Below are positions 10,888 through 23,095 of a DNA stretch of 64,000 bases, piece by piece. Where the stretch lies: positions 315,518,001-315,582,000 of the forward strand of contig CM126206.1 of NCBI GenBank assembly GCA_052327205.1. The letters run 5' to 3'. Source of the DNA: Somniosus microcephalus. Lineage: Eukaryota. The notes under the pieces were generated by a model. The model saw nothing but the letters and a program-made list of their open reading frames with translations, ran no database searches and had not been told where the DNA came from. Position 1 is the first letter of the stretch; every line of letters begins with the position of its first letter. The position numbers and the translations under genes are program-made.

Positions 10888-12958
10888 AGAGTCATAGAGT
10901 TTTACAGCACAGAAAGAGGCCCTTCGGCCCATCGTGTCTGCGCCGCCCATCCATCCCTGTCCAGTCTAATCCCATTTTCCAGCATTTGGTCCATAGCCTT
11001 GTATGCAATGGCATTTCAAGTGCTCATCCAAATGCTTCTTGAATGTTGTGAGGGTTCCTGCCTCCACCACCCTTTCAGGCATTGAGTTCCACATTCCAAC
11101 CACCCTCTGGGTGAAAAAGTTCCTCCTCAAATCCCCTCTAAATCTCCTGCCCCTTACCCTGAATCTATGCCCCCTTGTTATTGACCCCCCCACTAAGGGG
11201 AAAAGTTCCTCTTTATCTACCCTATCTATGCCCCTCATTATTTTGTACACCTCAATCAGGTCCCCCCTCAGCCTTCTCTGCTCCAAGGAAAACAACTCCA
11301 GCCTGTCCAGCCTCTCTTCATAGCTGAGGCGCTCCATCCCAGGTAACATCCTGGTGAATCTTCTCTGCACCCTCTCCAAAGCAATCACATCCTTCCTATA
11401 GTGAGGCGACCAGAACTGCACACAGTACTCCAGCTGTGGCCTCACCAGCGTTTTGTACAGCTCCATCATAACCTCCCTGCTCTTATATTCTATGCCTCGG
11501 CTAATGAAGGCAAGTATCCCATATGCCTTTTTAACCACCTTATCTACCTGCTCCGCTGCCTTCAGGGATCTATGTACATGTACACCAAGGTCCCTCTGAC
11601 CCTCTGTACTTCCTAGGGTCCTACCACTCATTGTGTATTCCCTTGCCTTATTTGTCCGTCCAAAATGCATCACCTCGCACTTTTCAGGGTTAAATTCCAT
11701 TTGCCACTTTTCCGCCCATCTGACCAACCCGTTTATATCGTCCTGTAGCCGGAGGCTTTCCTCCTCGCAATTTACCACCCCACCAATTTTCGTGTCATCT
11801 GCGAACTTACTGATCATACCTTTTACATTTTCATCCAAATCATTTATGTAGATCACAAACAATAAGGGACCCAGCACCGATCCCTGAGGTACCCCACTGG
11901 ACACAGGCTTCCAGTCACAAAAGCAACCTTCGACCATCACCCTCTGCCTCCTGCCACTCAGCCAGTTTAGGATCCAACGCGCCAAGGCACCCTGGATCCC
12001 ATGGGCTCTTACCTTCTTGACCAGTCTCCTATGCGGGACTTTGTCAAAAGCTTTACTGAAGTCCATGTACACCACATCCACAGCATTTCCCTCATCCACC
12101 CCACTAGTCACCCCCTCGAAAAATTCGATCAGATTTGTTAGGCATGATTTACCCTTGACAAAGCCATGCTGACTATCCCCGATTAATCCTTGCCTCTCCA
12201 AGTGGAGATTAATTTTGTCCCTCAGAATTTTTTCCAATAATTTCCCCACCACAGATGTTAGACTCACTGGCCTGTAATTCCCTGGTTTATCCCTGCTACC
12301 CTTCTTGAATAATGGTACTATGTTAGCTGTTCTCCAGTCCTCTGGTACATCCCCTGTGGCCAGAGAGGTTCTGAAAATTAGTGTCAGAGCCCCTGCAATC
12401 TCCTCCCTTGCCTCCCACAGCAGCCTGGGATACATCTCGTCCGGGCCTGGGGATTTATCCACTTTTTGGCCCGCTAAAACCGCTAGCACCTCCTCCCTCT
12501 CGATGCTAATATGTTCAAGTATGTCACAGTCCCCTTGCCCGATTTCTATGTCTGCATCGTCTTTCTCCATAGTGAACACAGATGCAAAAAATTCATTTAA
12601 AACCCCGCCTACATCCTCTGGCTCTACACACAGATTGCCACTTTGGTCCCTAATGGGCCCTACCCTTTCCCTGGTTATCCTCTTGCCCTTAATATACTTA
12701 TAAAACATCTTAGGATTTTCCTTTATTTTGCTCGCCAGTGTTATTTCATGGCCCCTCCTCGCCCTCCTAATTTCTTTTTTAAGTATGCCCCTGCACTTTT
12801 TATACTCCTCTAGGGCTTCTTCTGTCTTTAGTCTTTTGTAACTGCCAAAAGCCCCCCTCTTATTTCTAATGCATTTCTGTATATCCCTTGTCATCCAAGG
12901 TTCCCTTTGCTTGTTGGTCCCACCCTTGACCTTTACAGGAACATGTTGGCGTTGTACT
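10888..12958 (-). mobile_element. 5'-truncated young CR1-like LINE
   Basis: Uninterrupted 642-aa ORF with RT motifs and an intact 3' UTR with (ctctatga)n tail. Confidence 0.95.
10966..12894 (-). CDS. CR1 ORF2 reverse transcriptase (partial, no endonuclease)
   Basis: KSPGPD, NYRPVSLTS, QHGF, DFSKAFD, GVPQGSVLGP and KFADD motifs. Confidence 0.9.
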   Translation of the reverse strand: MTRDIQKCIRNKRGAFGSYKRLKTEEALEEYKKCRGILKKEIRRARRGHEITLASKIKENPKMFYKYIKGKRITRERVGPIRDQSGNLCVEPEDVGGVLNEFFASVFTMEKDDADIEIGQGDCDILEHISIEREEVLAVLAGQKVDKSPGPDEMYPRLLWEAREEIAGALTLIFRTSLATGDVPEDWRTANIVPLFKKGSRDKPGNYRPVSLTSVVGKLLEKILRDKINLHLERQGLIGDSQHGFVKGKSCLTNLIEFFEGVTSGVDEGNAVDVVYMDFSKAFDKVPHRRLVKKVRAHGIQGALARWILNWLSGRRQRVMVEGCFCDWKPVSSGVPQGSVLGPLLFVIYINDLDENVKGMISKFADDTKIGGVVNCEEESLRLQDDINGLVRWAEKWQMEFNPEKCEVMHFGRTNKAREYTMSGRTLGSTEGQRDLGVHVHRSLKAAEQVDKVVKKAYGILAFISRGIEYKSREVMMELYKTLVRPQLEYCVQFWSPHYRKDVIALERVQRRFTRMLPGMERLSYEERLDRLELFSLEQRRLRGDLIEVYKIMRGIDRVDKEELFPLVGGSITRGHRFRVRGRRFRGDLRRNFFTQRVVGMWNSMPERVVEAGTLTTFKKHLDEHLKCHCIQGYGPNAGKWD

Positions 12959-13019
12959 CTATCTTCTATGTAAAGCTATATTAAAATAAAAGGCCAACAG
13001 CATTGAGTTTTAGAAATAG

Positions 13020-13570
13020 AGGCACATAGTATAAGAATACAGAAGTAATACATTTGTATAAAACATTGGTTAGGACACAGTTAAGAGCATTGTATGCAAT
13101 TATGGATGCCCCATTATTGAAAGGGCAAAAAGCCATGGAGATCGTATAATATAGATTCCCTGCGATAAGGCCAGGTGTGGGAAAGTCTGATTTATTAAGA
13201 GAGACTTGAGATAACTGGACTATTTCCACTGGAGCAGCGAAAACTAAGATCTAATAGTTTCTAAAATTATAAAAGATTTTAATAGTGTGAATATAGAAAG
13301 ATATCCTCTGGTTGGGGAGTCAGTGATGAGCAGTCATCGTTTTAAAATCCTCACTGAGGGTGCAGGTTTGAGCATGGAATGCTTTGCCACAGAGAGTGGT
13401 TGAGGCACACACCATTGCATCTTTTAAGGGAAAATTGGTAAATATTTGAAGCGGAGGAGGATGGGACTTTGGAGAGAGAGGAGACCAGGCAAGTGGAATT
13501 ATTTTTGGAATGCTCTAGTGAAAGAGGCAAGTGCAGACAGAATGGGTGAATGAGATTTGTTTGAATGTTC
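13020..13570 (+). mobile_element. Old CR1-like 3' fragment
   Basis: ttgtataaaacattggttagg... and tggaatgctttgccacagagagtggttgagg, degenerate ORF2 end. Confidence 0.6.
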
Positions 13571-13754
13571 GATGGTTCTGTTGACATCTGATTTCAGTTT
13601 GATTTTTGATGAGGGAAGAGAGCAGTTGTGGCAGAAGGTACCAGAGGCAGGAGTGAGCCACGTAATGGTGTCCATTCTGGTATCCATGTATAACTAAATA
13701 CCCGAGCAAGAGTAGGCAAAGTATTCTATTAGTGTATCTGGGACCTTGGTGAGC

Positions 13755-14220
13755 ATAAGAAATAGGAGCAGGAGTAGGCTATAAAACTTGCATTTATATA
13801 GCCCCTTTAACGTAGTAAAATGTCCCAAGGCGCTTCACAGGAGCATTATCGAACAACATTTGTCTGAGCCACATAAGGAGATAATAGGGCAGATGACCAA
13901 AAGCTTGGTCAGAGGTAAGTTTTAAGGTGCGTCTTAAAGGAGGAAAGGGAGGCAGAGAGATTTAGGAAGGGATTTCCAGAGCTTAGGACCTCGGCAGCTG
14001 AAGGTACAGCCCCTCGAGCCTGCTCCACCATTCACTCATATCATGGCTGATCTTCGACCTCAAACTCCACTTTCCTGCCCGATCCCCATATCCCTCGATT
14101 CCCCTAGAGTCCAAAAATCTATCAATCTCAGCCTTGAATATACTCAACGATTCAGCTTCCACAGCCCTCTGGGGTAGAGAATTCCAAAGAGTCACAACCC
14201 TCTGAAGAAATTTCTCTTCA
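13755..14220 (-). mobile_element. CR1 3' end interrupted by an L2-like 3' fragment (about 13782-14007)
   Basis: The tail ggagcaggagtaggcta resumes as cagcccctcgagcctgctcc after an insert beginning aacttgcatttatatagc. Confidence 0.65.
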
Positions 14221-15246
14221 AACGAAAGGACCAATGAGATTTAAGGATAGAGAAAGAAACAGGAACAACTGAAGTAAAATCGGGTGAATTACAGTCAAAT
14301 CAGTTACAGCAAGAGAAATAAATAAACAGAGAAAGATTGGATTGAGAGAGAAAAAGAGACAAAGGAAAAGTAAGAACAAAATTAAATTTTAATAACCTCC
14401 CAGAACAATTTACTACCTGCAGGAGTGAGGCTCCACAGTTTCAATTGTTCCCTTTCTGTGCCGGAGAGGTTGAATGGCATTGCAGGAATATAAATCTCAA
14501 TTGTTAAAGGGTCCTTGCACTGTACCAGCCTTAACTTGCTGCGGTGAGTTTAATTCATATTTACTGTGCAAATGCAGCAATTTCTTGAAACTCGCAGGGA
14601 CATTGACGACGAGCTGCTGTTTTCGCAAAGCTACTCGCAATCCAAGCCTCATCAGAAATTGCTGGATGATTTACACACTAATAACGGAGCCATTAATTTC
14701 CCAGCAAATTCTGAGCATATGTGGAGGGATGTGCTGGATTTTGGAACAATGAATCTTATATCCAGGGGGCCGGCAGAATTCTTTGATCTTTAGGATGGTA
14801 TTGAACAGTGAAGCAGAGGGGTTAGTTACAGAGTAGGATACCATCCGCATACTGTGACATTTTGTGTTCAGCTGTGCCAGCCTGTGTTCCATGTTATAAG
14901 GGGCTCTATGGCAACAATGAAGAGGAGGAGGGGCCAATAAGACGCACTCCTTGTTGCTGTGGTTGGAGGGAGTTGAAACCATTGGTGGATGCGAGATTGG
15001 AATATAGGATTTGAATCCACTTGAAATTTCAGTTTTATTTCTCTTCCTTGCCCCTTTGAAACTGTATTGTATCAAGCCCTTTGTTAAATGTCCTCGTGCA
15101 GGTGATCTGTAGTTGTCCCTTTAATGCCAGTTGAGCTAGATGTTGACATACAAGAACAATATAGTGCCTCCAATAGGTCTGATTAATAGCGAGGATTGTC
15201 AGTGACGGAAACTTCAATAGTAGGAAAGACTTGTATTTATATCGTA

Positions 15247-15482
15247 CAGGTAGACTATCCTTTATCCGAACTTCCGAAAACCTCTAAAAACCGAAAGTTT
15301 TTTCGTTCAGCGTAAGTCGTGCGCACGGCGCCGCCCCCGACCACCCCCCCCCCCCCCCCCCCCGCCGACCCCCACCCCCGACAAATTTCCCAGTCTTATA
15401 AAATACCTTCTGAAATCCGAAATTTTCCGAAAACCGAAACACGGCTGGTCCCGAGGTTTTCGGATAAAGGATAGTCTACCTG
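15247..15482. mobile_element. MITE, Tc1/mariner-Tigger-like
   Basis: TIR CAGGTAGACTATCCTTTATCCGAA ... TTCGGATAAAGGATAGTCTACCTG with TA on both sides. Confidence 0.9.
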
Positions 15483-16221
15483 TACCTTATTACGTTTCTC
15501 AAACCTCGCTACTTTGCTGTGACTGTTTCCTAGTCAAGTATGGCAACCATTTTGCACGCCGCAAGATGCAACAAATGGTAATGAGACCAATGACCAGTTA
15601 ATCTGCCTTTGGTGCTGGTTGAACGAAGAATGTTGGACAGGACAGCTGTCAGTCGATCACAAATATATTGAATCAGACCATAGAGACCAATAGATGATTT
15701 TGGCCACTTTATTTCGCTGGAAAATTCAGAAAGTAGGTCACTTTGTAGTTAAATGGATAGAAAATAATTTATCGGTAGCCTGGAAATCTGCACCCTATTT
15801 TATCTCTATCTAAATCTGTGCCTGAATTGTGATCATTGCACTATCTAAAGCTTTAAGTAGTTAATAAAGATTGGATCTTGTTGGATTTGTAAAATTATCA
15901 GTGTCATTATTGCTGCAGCATATTATAAATGGTGTTTGTGCTCCAGTCATGTGGCAAAATAAAAGTGGATGTTGCAGCATTTCAAATTGCATGATTTAAT
16001 GATGAGCGCTTGCTGCCTTTCATAACCTGTGGCTGGCAAGTAAAAATAGCTTGCCTATAAATTGGCTGCACGAGCCTCTGAGCATTATTACACAGAATAA
16101 AGCAGGATGGGTGCCATTATCCACCTTCAGATGATAAATCAGTGGAACAATGCTCTTCTAGTTTATCTTCTGTGCCTGAAATATGTTACAAAGCAGTAAC
16201 ACACGTTGCTTATGTTATATA

Positions 16222-16577
16222 TAGTCATAACGGCACAGAAGGAGGCCATTCGGCCCATCGAGTCTGTACCACCTCTCTGTAGAGTAATCCAGTCAGTCCC
16301 ATTCCCCCGCTCTATCCCTGTAGCCCTGCAAGTTTATTTCCCTTAAGTGACTATCCAGTCTCCCCTTGAAAACATTGAGTGTCTCCGCTTCCACCACTTC
16401 CGTCGGCAGCGAGTTCCAGGTCCTCACCACTCGCTGCGTAAAAAAGTTTTTCCTCACATCCCCCGTATCTCTTGCCCAAAACCGTAAATCTGTGCCCCCT
16501 AGTCCTTGTACCATCAACTAGTGGGAACAGCCTTTCCCCGTCTAGCCTATCCAAACCCGTCATAATCTTATACACCT
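16222..16577 (-). mobile_element. CR1-like LINE 3' fragment
   Basis: [20 protein letters not shown]; same subfamily as 28030-28742. Confidence 0.85.
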
Positions 16578-16899
16578 TTTGAATTGTCATTTAATGAAAA
16601 TGATCTGATCATTCAATTTCTTTAGTGCTGAATTACCACTTTGCTTTGTTTGTGTTGCTTAATTCAAGTTATTAGATAGCAAAAACTGGCGTCCAATTAT
16701 TGTCTACGAAGTTACCATGTTGAGGGACCGACATCTGTGATATTGTGGATTATATTCTTTTAGCACCAATGTATAAAGCTGTGTAATGCAGGAGGAATAA
16801 TTTGCTAGAATTTTGAGCTTTCTGAAAGCCCAATATAAGTGAGTAATGTGTGTTTCGTATTCATGTGCAACACTAAAATAAGCGCTGCACTTCATAGTT

Positions 16900-17300
16900 C
16901 TTGTTTCACCCAAAACTACTGCTCGTAACCTAACTCGCACCAAGTCCCTTTCACCCATCACCCCTGTGCTTGCTACCCTATGCTGACTCCCGGTCCAGGA
17001 ATGCCTCGCTTTTTAAAATTCTCATCCTTGTTTTCAAATCCCTCCATGACCTTGCCCTCCCCATCCCTGAAACCTCCTCCAGCCCTTGGAACCTCCTCCA
17101 GCTCTACAACCCTCTGAGATCTCTGTGCTCTTCCAATTCTGGCTCCACTCCTTGAACCTCTCCATCTCTACACCCCTCTTTTTAAGTCTTTGGTCATCTG
17201 TCCTAAAATCTCCTTATGTGGCTCGATGTTTGATGATGCTCATATGAAAGGCCTTGTGAAGTTTTACTGCATTAAAGGTGCTATATAAATGCAAGTGGTT
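16900..17300 (+). mobile_element. L2-like LINE 3' fragment
   Basis: FKILILVFKSLH motif and tail aaaggtgctatataaatgcaagt, shared with the DeuSINE tails. Confidence 0.7.
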
Positions 17301-17361
17301 GATTTAAACATGGCAACAGTCATCATTTTGCTTTTACTTTTTTAATGCAAGTGTGTCCCTC

Positions 17362-17952
17362 TGTTCTGGACCAATGAACATTTTTACATGCAATAGCACC
17401 CTCTGGTGGCGGTTATTGTGTTAACAGTTTGTATGCTGGAAAGGTCATCTGATCTTCCTGTGAGAGGTCATTTGACCTTCCTACCTTTCTTCCTGTTGAC
17501 CCCAGGAAGCAGTTTTGCCAGGAAGAACCTGACTTGAGTAATGGAGAATCTGCTATGAGAGGTTCCATTTACAATCCAGTGTAATCTGATTTCATATGTT
17601 AGGCCAAGCGCAATATCTGTGAGTATCTTTGCTATTATGCTAAGAACCAATGTCAGTAATATTTTGATAATACTATGTTTATAAAAGGTTAATATTTAAT
17701 TACAGAAGTTAGTCCAAATGTTAGTTATACAATTAGTCTATTCTACTGTTGTAAATATGTTTATATCTTATGTAATATCGAATGTATAGTACTCAGTGTA
17801 TGTACAAAACATACTTTGTCTTTGTTTACAGTTTCACAAAGTTGTTCAAGTAAAAGCTTCAAAACAGCAACCGCTTCACGAAGAATTATTTTGAATAGAG
17901 TGTTTAACTTGCTGGATAACTAGATAGGAGCACGTCTAGCACGGCCAGTACA
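17362..17952 (+). repeat. 5' LTR
   Basis: TGTTCTGGACCAATG...GGCCAGTACA, a direct repeat of 21382-22003. Confidence 0.95.
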
Positions 17953-18059
17953 GTGAAAAGATATGTGAAAAGATAGCAATACGGCTAGCTGTGAAGAGCG
18001 GAGCAGGAGGAACCCAGAGTAAGCCTTAACCTCGTAGAGCACATCTACCTCACATCAAC

Positions 18060-21000
18060 ATGTTAGAAGATAATAACGAAAATGGTTTGCAGCAAGTAGA
18101 AGACCTTAAACAGGCAGACGAAACTGTAGAATGTGACAATCGGTCTATAAGCACCGGTTACTACAGATCGCAAGTTGGTTCACGGTCATCGGGTGGTTCG
18201 AGAGTAAGCATAGCCCTCGCCAAAGCACGGGCTAAGCTAGTAGCAGCTCAAGCCAGAGCTGCGCATACGGACAGTGAAATAGAAATATAAGTAAGACAGG
18301 CCTGTCTCCAAGCTGAACACCAAGCAGAACAGGCCCGACTCCAAGCTGAATCCCAAGCAGAACAGGCCCGACTCCAAGCTGAATTCCAAGCAGAACAGGC
18401 CCGACTCCAAGCTGAATTCCAAGCAGAACAGGCCCGACTCCAAGCTGAATTCCAAGCGGAACAGGCCCATCACCAAGTGGAACGCCAGGCTGAACAGGCC
18501 CGTCTCCAAGCCACATTAGAGGCTCTGCAGCAACAAAAAGATGCTGCATTAGCCGAGACTCAAGTATTCGAGGCAATTTTGGAGGGAGCTGATCCCGAGA
18601 CAGCTTACAAACCTTTAATTCCCGTTCCGTGGCAGAGTCCACGACAGCGCACCATAGATTACGTGAGCGACCATGCCGACGTACAGTTTACAGGAGAAAG
18701 GGATGGAGGCCCGCACATCTCTACAGACGCAAACACTTCGTATAACATGCCACAAGTTGCCAACCAAGGTCAAAGCAGACGGCGTGCCTCAAGCCGCAGA
18801 GTCTCCGCCAGCAGAACGGAAGACACGGTGCAAAGGAATAGGACGCCGAATAGAGAAAGTCAGAGGCAAATCCCCCCTCGGTCCCTTGAGACCCCCAACA
18901 GAGCCCCCAGCCAAGGCAACCCTGGCACAGGTCCCAGCACCTACGACCTCGCCAAATACCTTGCACGCACCCAGCTGGTGACTTCGGGGTTAATCAAGTT
19001 TGATGACAGGCCGGAGAATTATAGGGCTTGGAAGTCCTGCTTCCACGATGCCATATCGGGCTTAGACCTGTCGGCAGGAGAAGAGCTCGGCCTCCTTATC
19101 AAATGGCTCGGCCCAGAGTCCGCCGGACAGGCCTGCAGGATAAAAGCGGCCAATGTGGGGCAGCTGCCAGAGGGGTTGAAGAAGGCTTGGGTGAGGCTGG
19201 AAGAAAGCTATGGCTCGCCCGAAGCCATTGAAAGGGCTCTCTTTGACAGGTTGGAGAACTTTCCGAGGTTGACGAGTAAGGAACCCCAGAAGCTCCGCGA
19301 CCTTGGAGATCTGCTGTCGGAACTCGAAGCCGCAAAGCAGGACGGCTACCTACCCGGTCTATCGTACTTAGACACTGCCAGAGGGGTAAGTCCCATCATT
19401 GAGAAGCTTCCATTTAACCTGCAGGAGAAGTGGATAACGTTTGGATCAAAGTTCAAGCTAAAGCACAACGTGGCGTTCCCACCATTCTCGGCGTTCGTTA
19501 AATTCATCCGTAAAGAAGCCAAAGCCAGGAACGACCCCAGCTTCAACTTCTTCTCCTCCCACCCAGCACTTGCCAGAAGAGACAAGTTCGACAGACATGG
19601 AAAGACACCAATATCTGTCCACAAAATGCAAGTGTCCTCAACTGAGCGCACAAAGATTCAGAAGAAACCTGAGGATATGAGCAAACAATGCCCTATCCAC
19701 AACAAGCCCCATCCTTTAAAGAAGTGCAGAGGCTTCAGGGAGATGTCCCTGGAAGATCGGAAACAATATCTTAGAGAACTCTATGTTTCAGGTGCTGCTC
19801 GTCCACGAGCCATCTCGCCAAGAACTGCAAGATAGAGGCAAAATGCACAGAAGGCGAAAGTGATCGGCACGTTTCAGCACTACACCCAGGCCCAGCTCCT
19901 TGGGAGTCAGAGACGCCTCCTCCCGCATCAGAGCACGGCGGGGAGAGAGAGGGAGCTGCTGGTACGGAGATTACATCCAGGTGCACCGAGGTGTGTGGAG
20001 AAGGAGTGAGCGCAAGAGCATGCTCCAAGATATGCCTCGTTAAAGTGTACCCTACGGGATGTCACCAAGAATCTGAGAAGAAGCCATCGCAGGTGAGCAC
20101 ACTCAAGACTTCCATCTTGGAGAATGGTCGTCCAAGCTACCTTACCCCATGCAGTAGACAGATCCGCGTGGTGTTTGACTCCAGTGCACCATATCAGGGC
20201 GTCTCTCTCAACGACGTACTCCTCACAGGGCCCGATCTTAACAGCCTCTTGGGAGTGCTCATGAGATTCAGGAAAGAGCCCGTCGCCATCACTGCCGATA
20301 TCCAGCACATGTTTCATTGCTTCGTGGTGAGAGAAGACCACAGAGACTTCCTCCGCTTCCTGTGGTATCGGGACAATGACCCTAATAGAGACAGTGGACT
20401 ACAGAATGCGTGTCCGTGTCTTTGGGAATAGCCCATCCCCTGCTGTCGCCATATATGGACTAAGGAGGGCTGCCAAGGAAGAAGACGACTACTTTGGCAG
20501 TGACGTGAGAGGGTTCATCGAACGAGAGTTCTACGTCGACGACGCACTGAAGTCATTCCCGACCGAAGCAGAGGCCATCAGTACCCTCGATGAGCCCAGG
20601 AACTACTTGCACTATCCAACCTCAGGCTGCATAAGATAGCCTCTAACAGACCAGCAGTGATGGAGGCATTCCCCCCTGAAGATCGTGCTAAGGACGTCAA
20701 GGACCTAGACCTCTTCACTGATGCCCTCCCCCTACAGCATAGCCTAGGGGTGTCGTGGAACATAGCAACAGACACGTTTACGTTCCAAGTCCTAGACGCC
20801 AAGAAACCCTTCACACTTAGAGGAGAGCTCTCTACAGTCAACAGCCTATATGACCCTCTCGGCTTCTTAGCCCTTGTCACCATACAAGGCAGGCTGCTCC
20901 TCAGGGAACTCTCCACACGCGCTGAAGAGTGGGATTCACCTCTCCCTGAAGAGATGGAAGCAGAGTGGGACAGATGGAGAGACTCACTCCAAGACTTACA

Positions 21001-21360
21001 GGAGATCCGAATACCTCGCTGCTATTTGTCTTTCTCTCCGTTAAATGCCCAATTCAAAGAGCTTTGTGTCTTTGCAGACGCACCCGCTAAGGCCATTGCA
21101 AGTGTGGCTTATCTGAAGGTCACCACTCAAGAAGGACAAAGCAAAATCGGCTTCGTCTTTGATAGAGGCAAGTTGGCGCCCCAGCCAGACCTCACCATAC
21201 CCAGGTTGGAACTGTGCGTAGCAGAACGCAACCTACCCCCTCACAGCAGTCTACGGAAGCTGCATCCTATCATCGACACCAACGGACCGTCTCCGAGGTG
21301 GTGGTTCTTTTGTCGCCAGAGGACTCCAGTGACAAGCAGAGTTCGGACTATGTGGAGTCG
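18060..21360 (+). pseudogene. Disrupted BEL gag-pol
   Basis: Gag (FDDRPENYRAWKSCF, CPIHNKPHPLKKC) with one in-frame stop at 18288; RT remnants RVVFDSSA, LNDVLLTGPDL, ADIQHMF, FYVDD; RNase H LCVFADA...TIPRLEL; integrase essentially absent. Confidence 0.9.
18290..18512 (+). repeat. 33-bp coding tandem repeat in gag (QAEQARLQAEF)n
   Basis: caagcagaacaggcccgactccaagctgaattc in about 6 copies. Confidence 0.9.
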
Positions 21361-21381
21361 TTAATGACCCCAGACGGGGAG

Positions 21382-22003
21382 TGCTCTGGACCAATGAACA
21401 TTTTTACATGCAATAGCACCCTCTGGTGGCGGTTATTGTGTTAACAGTTTGTATGCTGGAAAGGTCATCTGATCTTCCTGTGTGAGGTCATTTGACCTTT
21501 GTTCCTTTCTTCCTGTGAGGTCATTTGACCTTTCTTCCTGTTGACCCCAGGAAGCAGTTTTGCCAGGAAGAACCTGACTTGAGTAATGGAGAATCTGCTA
21601 TGAGAGGTTCCATTTACAATCCAGTGTAATCTGATTTCATATGTTAGGCCAAGCGCAATATCTGAGTATCTTTGGTTCTTAGCATAATAGCAATGTTGTC
21701 AGAGTAATATTTTGATAATACTATGTTTATAAAAGGTTAATATTTAATAGTTACAGAAGTTAGTCCAAATGTTAGTTATACAATTAGTCTATTCTACTGT
21801 TGTAAATATGTTTATATCTTATGTAATATCGAATGTATAGTACTCAGTGTATGTACAAAACATACTTTGTCTTTGTTTACAGTTTCACAAAGTTGTTCAA
21901 GTAAAAGCTTCAAAACAGCAATCGCTTCACGAAGAATTATTTTGAATAGAGTGTTTAACTTGCTGGATAACTAGATAGGAGCACGTCTAGCACGGCCAGT
22001 ACA
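21382..22003 (+). repeat. 3' LTR
   Basis: TGCTCTGGACCAATG...GGCCAGTACA followed by TSD CCCTC. Confidence 0.95.
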
Positions 22004-22040
22004 CCCTCCAAAGGATACTTGTTTTGTTTCAACCAGTCAG

Positions 22041-22505
22041 TATCAGCCGTGGCTCAGTGGGTAGCACCCTTGCATCTGAGTCAGAAGGTCGTGGGTTCAA
22101 GTCCCACTCCAGACTTGAACACAAAAATCTAGGCTGACACTCCAGTGCAGTACTGAGGTAGTGCTGCACTGTCTGAGGTGCCGTCTTTCGGATGAGACGT
22201 TAAACCGAAGCCCCATCTGCGCTCTCAGGTGGGTGTAAAAGAACCCACGGCACTATTTCTAAGAAGAGCAGGGGGAGTTCTCCCAGGTGTCCTGGGGCCA
22301 ATATTTATCCCTCAATCAAAGTCACTATAAAACAGATTATTTGGTCATTATCACATTGCTGTCTGTGGGAGCTTGCTGTGCGCAAATTGGCTGCTGTGTT
22401 TCCTACATTACAACAGTGACTACACTTCAAAAAGTACTTCATTGGCTGTACAGTGCTTTGGGACATCCAGTGGTTGTGATGGGCGCTATATAATTGCAAG
22501 TCTTC
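22041..22505 (+). mobile_element. Deu-domain tRNA-SINE, full length
   Basis: A box tggctcagtgggt, B box ggttcaagtcc, Deu core and L2-like tail. Confidence 0.9.
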
Positions 22506-22610
22506 TATCGAAAATACTTTGTCCTCGTCTTGAGTAATGTTAGTTGTTCTTCCAGCATTTATGGAAAAATTAGAAATTGTGTACTCCTCCCAGAAGCCCT
22601 TTTTTTTGCT

Positions 22611-22696
22611 GGGGGAGATGGAGAAAGAAGAATCGATGCTGAAATGTTGGGGGAGATGGAGAAAGAAGAATCGATGCTGAAATGTTGGGGGAGATG
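22611..22696 (+). repeat. 38-bp tandem duplication
   Basis: gggggagatggagaaagaagaatcgatgctgaaatgtt at 22611 and 22649, partial at 22687. Confidence 0.9.
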
Positions 22697-22739
22697 CCAG
22701 AAACTGCTGCCTTTACCAGTTATATGAGAGGCAGGCATG

Positions 22740-23095
22740 AAAAGAAAGACAGACTTGCATTTCTATAGCGTCTTTCATGACCTCAGAACGTCGCAAAGCG
22801 CTTTACAGCCAATGAAGTGCAGTCACTTGTAATGTAGGAAACATGGCGGCCAGTTTGTGCACAGCAAGCTCCCACAAACAGCAATATGATAATGACCAGA
22901 TAATCTGTTTTTTAGTGATGTTGGTTGAGGGATAAATATTGGCCCAGGACACCGGGGATAACTCCCCTGCTCCTTTTCGAAATAGTGCCATAGGATCTTT
23001 TAGGTCCAGCCAAAAGGGCAGATGGGGCCTCGGTTTAATGTCTCATCCGAAAGACGGCACCTCCGACAGTGCAGCACTCCCTCGGTCCTGCACTG
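22740..23095 (-). mobile_element. Deu-domain SINE, 5'-truncated
   Basis: Reverse core and tail present; head missing. Confidence 0.85.

Larger units (their letters stand above)
17362..22003 (+). mobile_element. BEL/Pao LTR retrotransposon, internally deleted
   Basis: Two TG...CA LTRs of about 600 bp; TSD CCCTC at 17357-17361 and 22004-22008; purine tract GACGGGGAG before the 3' LTR; gag/RT/RNase H remnants. Confidence 0.95.

Noticed and set aside
10966-12894. Domesticated RT gene or autonomous element
   Set aside because: 5'-truncated, lacks endonuclease and promoter; an ordinary young CR1 copy.
14220-14740. Possible unclassified repeat
   Set aside because: No second copy, termini or coding motif in this window to support a call.
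22045-22110. tRNA gene-like sequence (also in other SINE heads)
   Set aside because: It is the tRNA-derived head of a SINE continuing into the Deu core; no complete cloverleaf.
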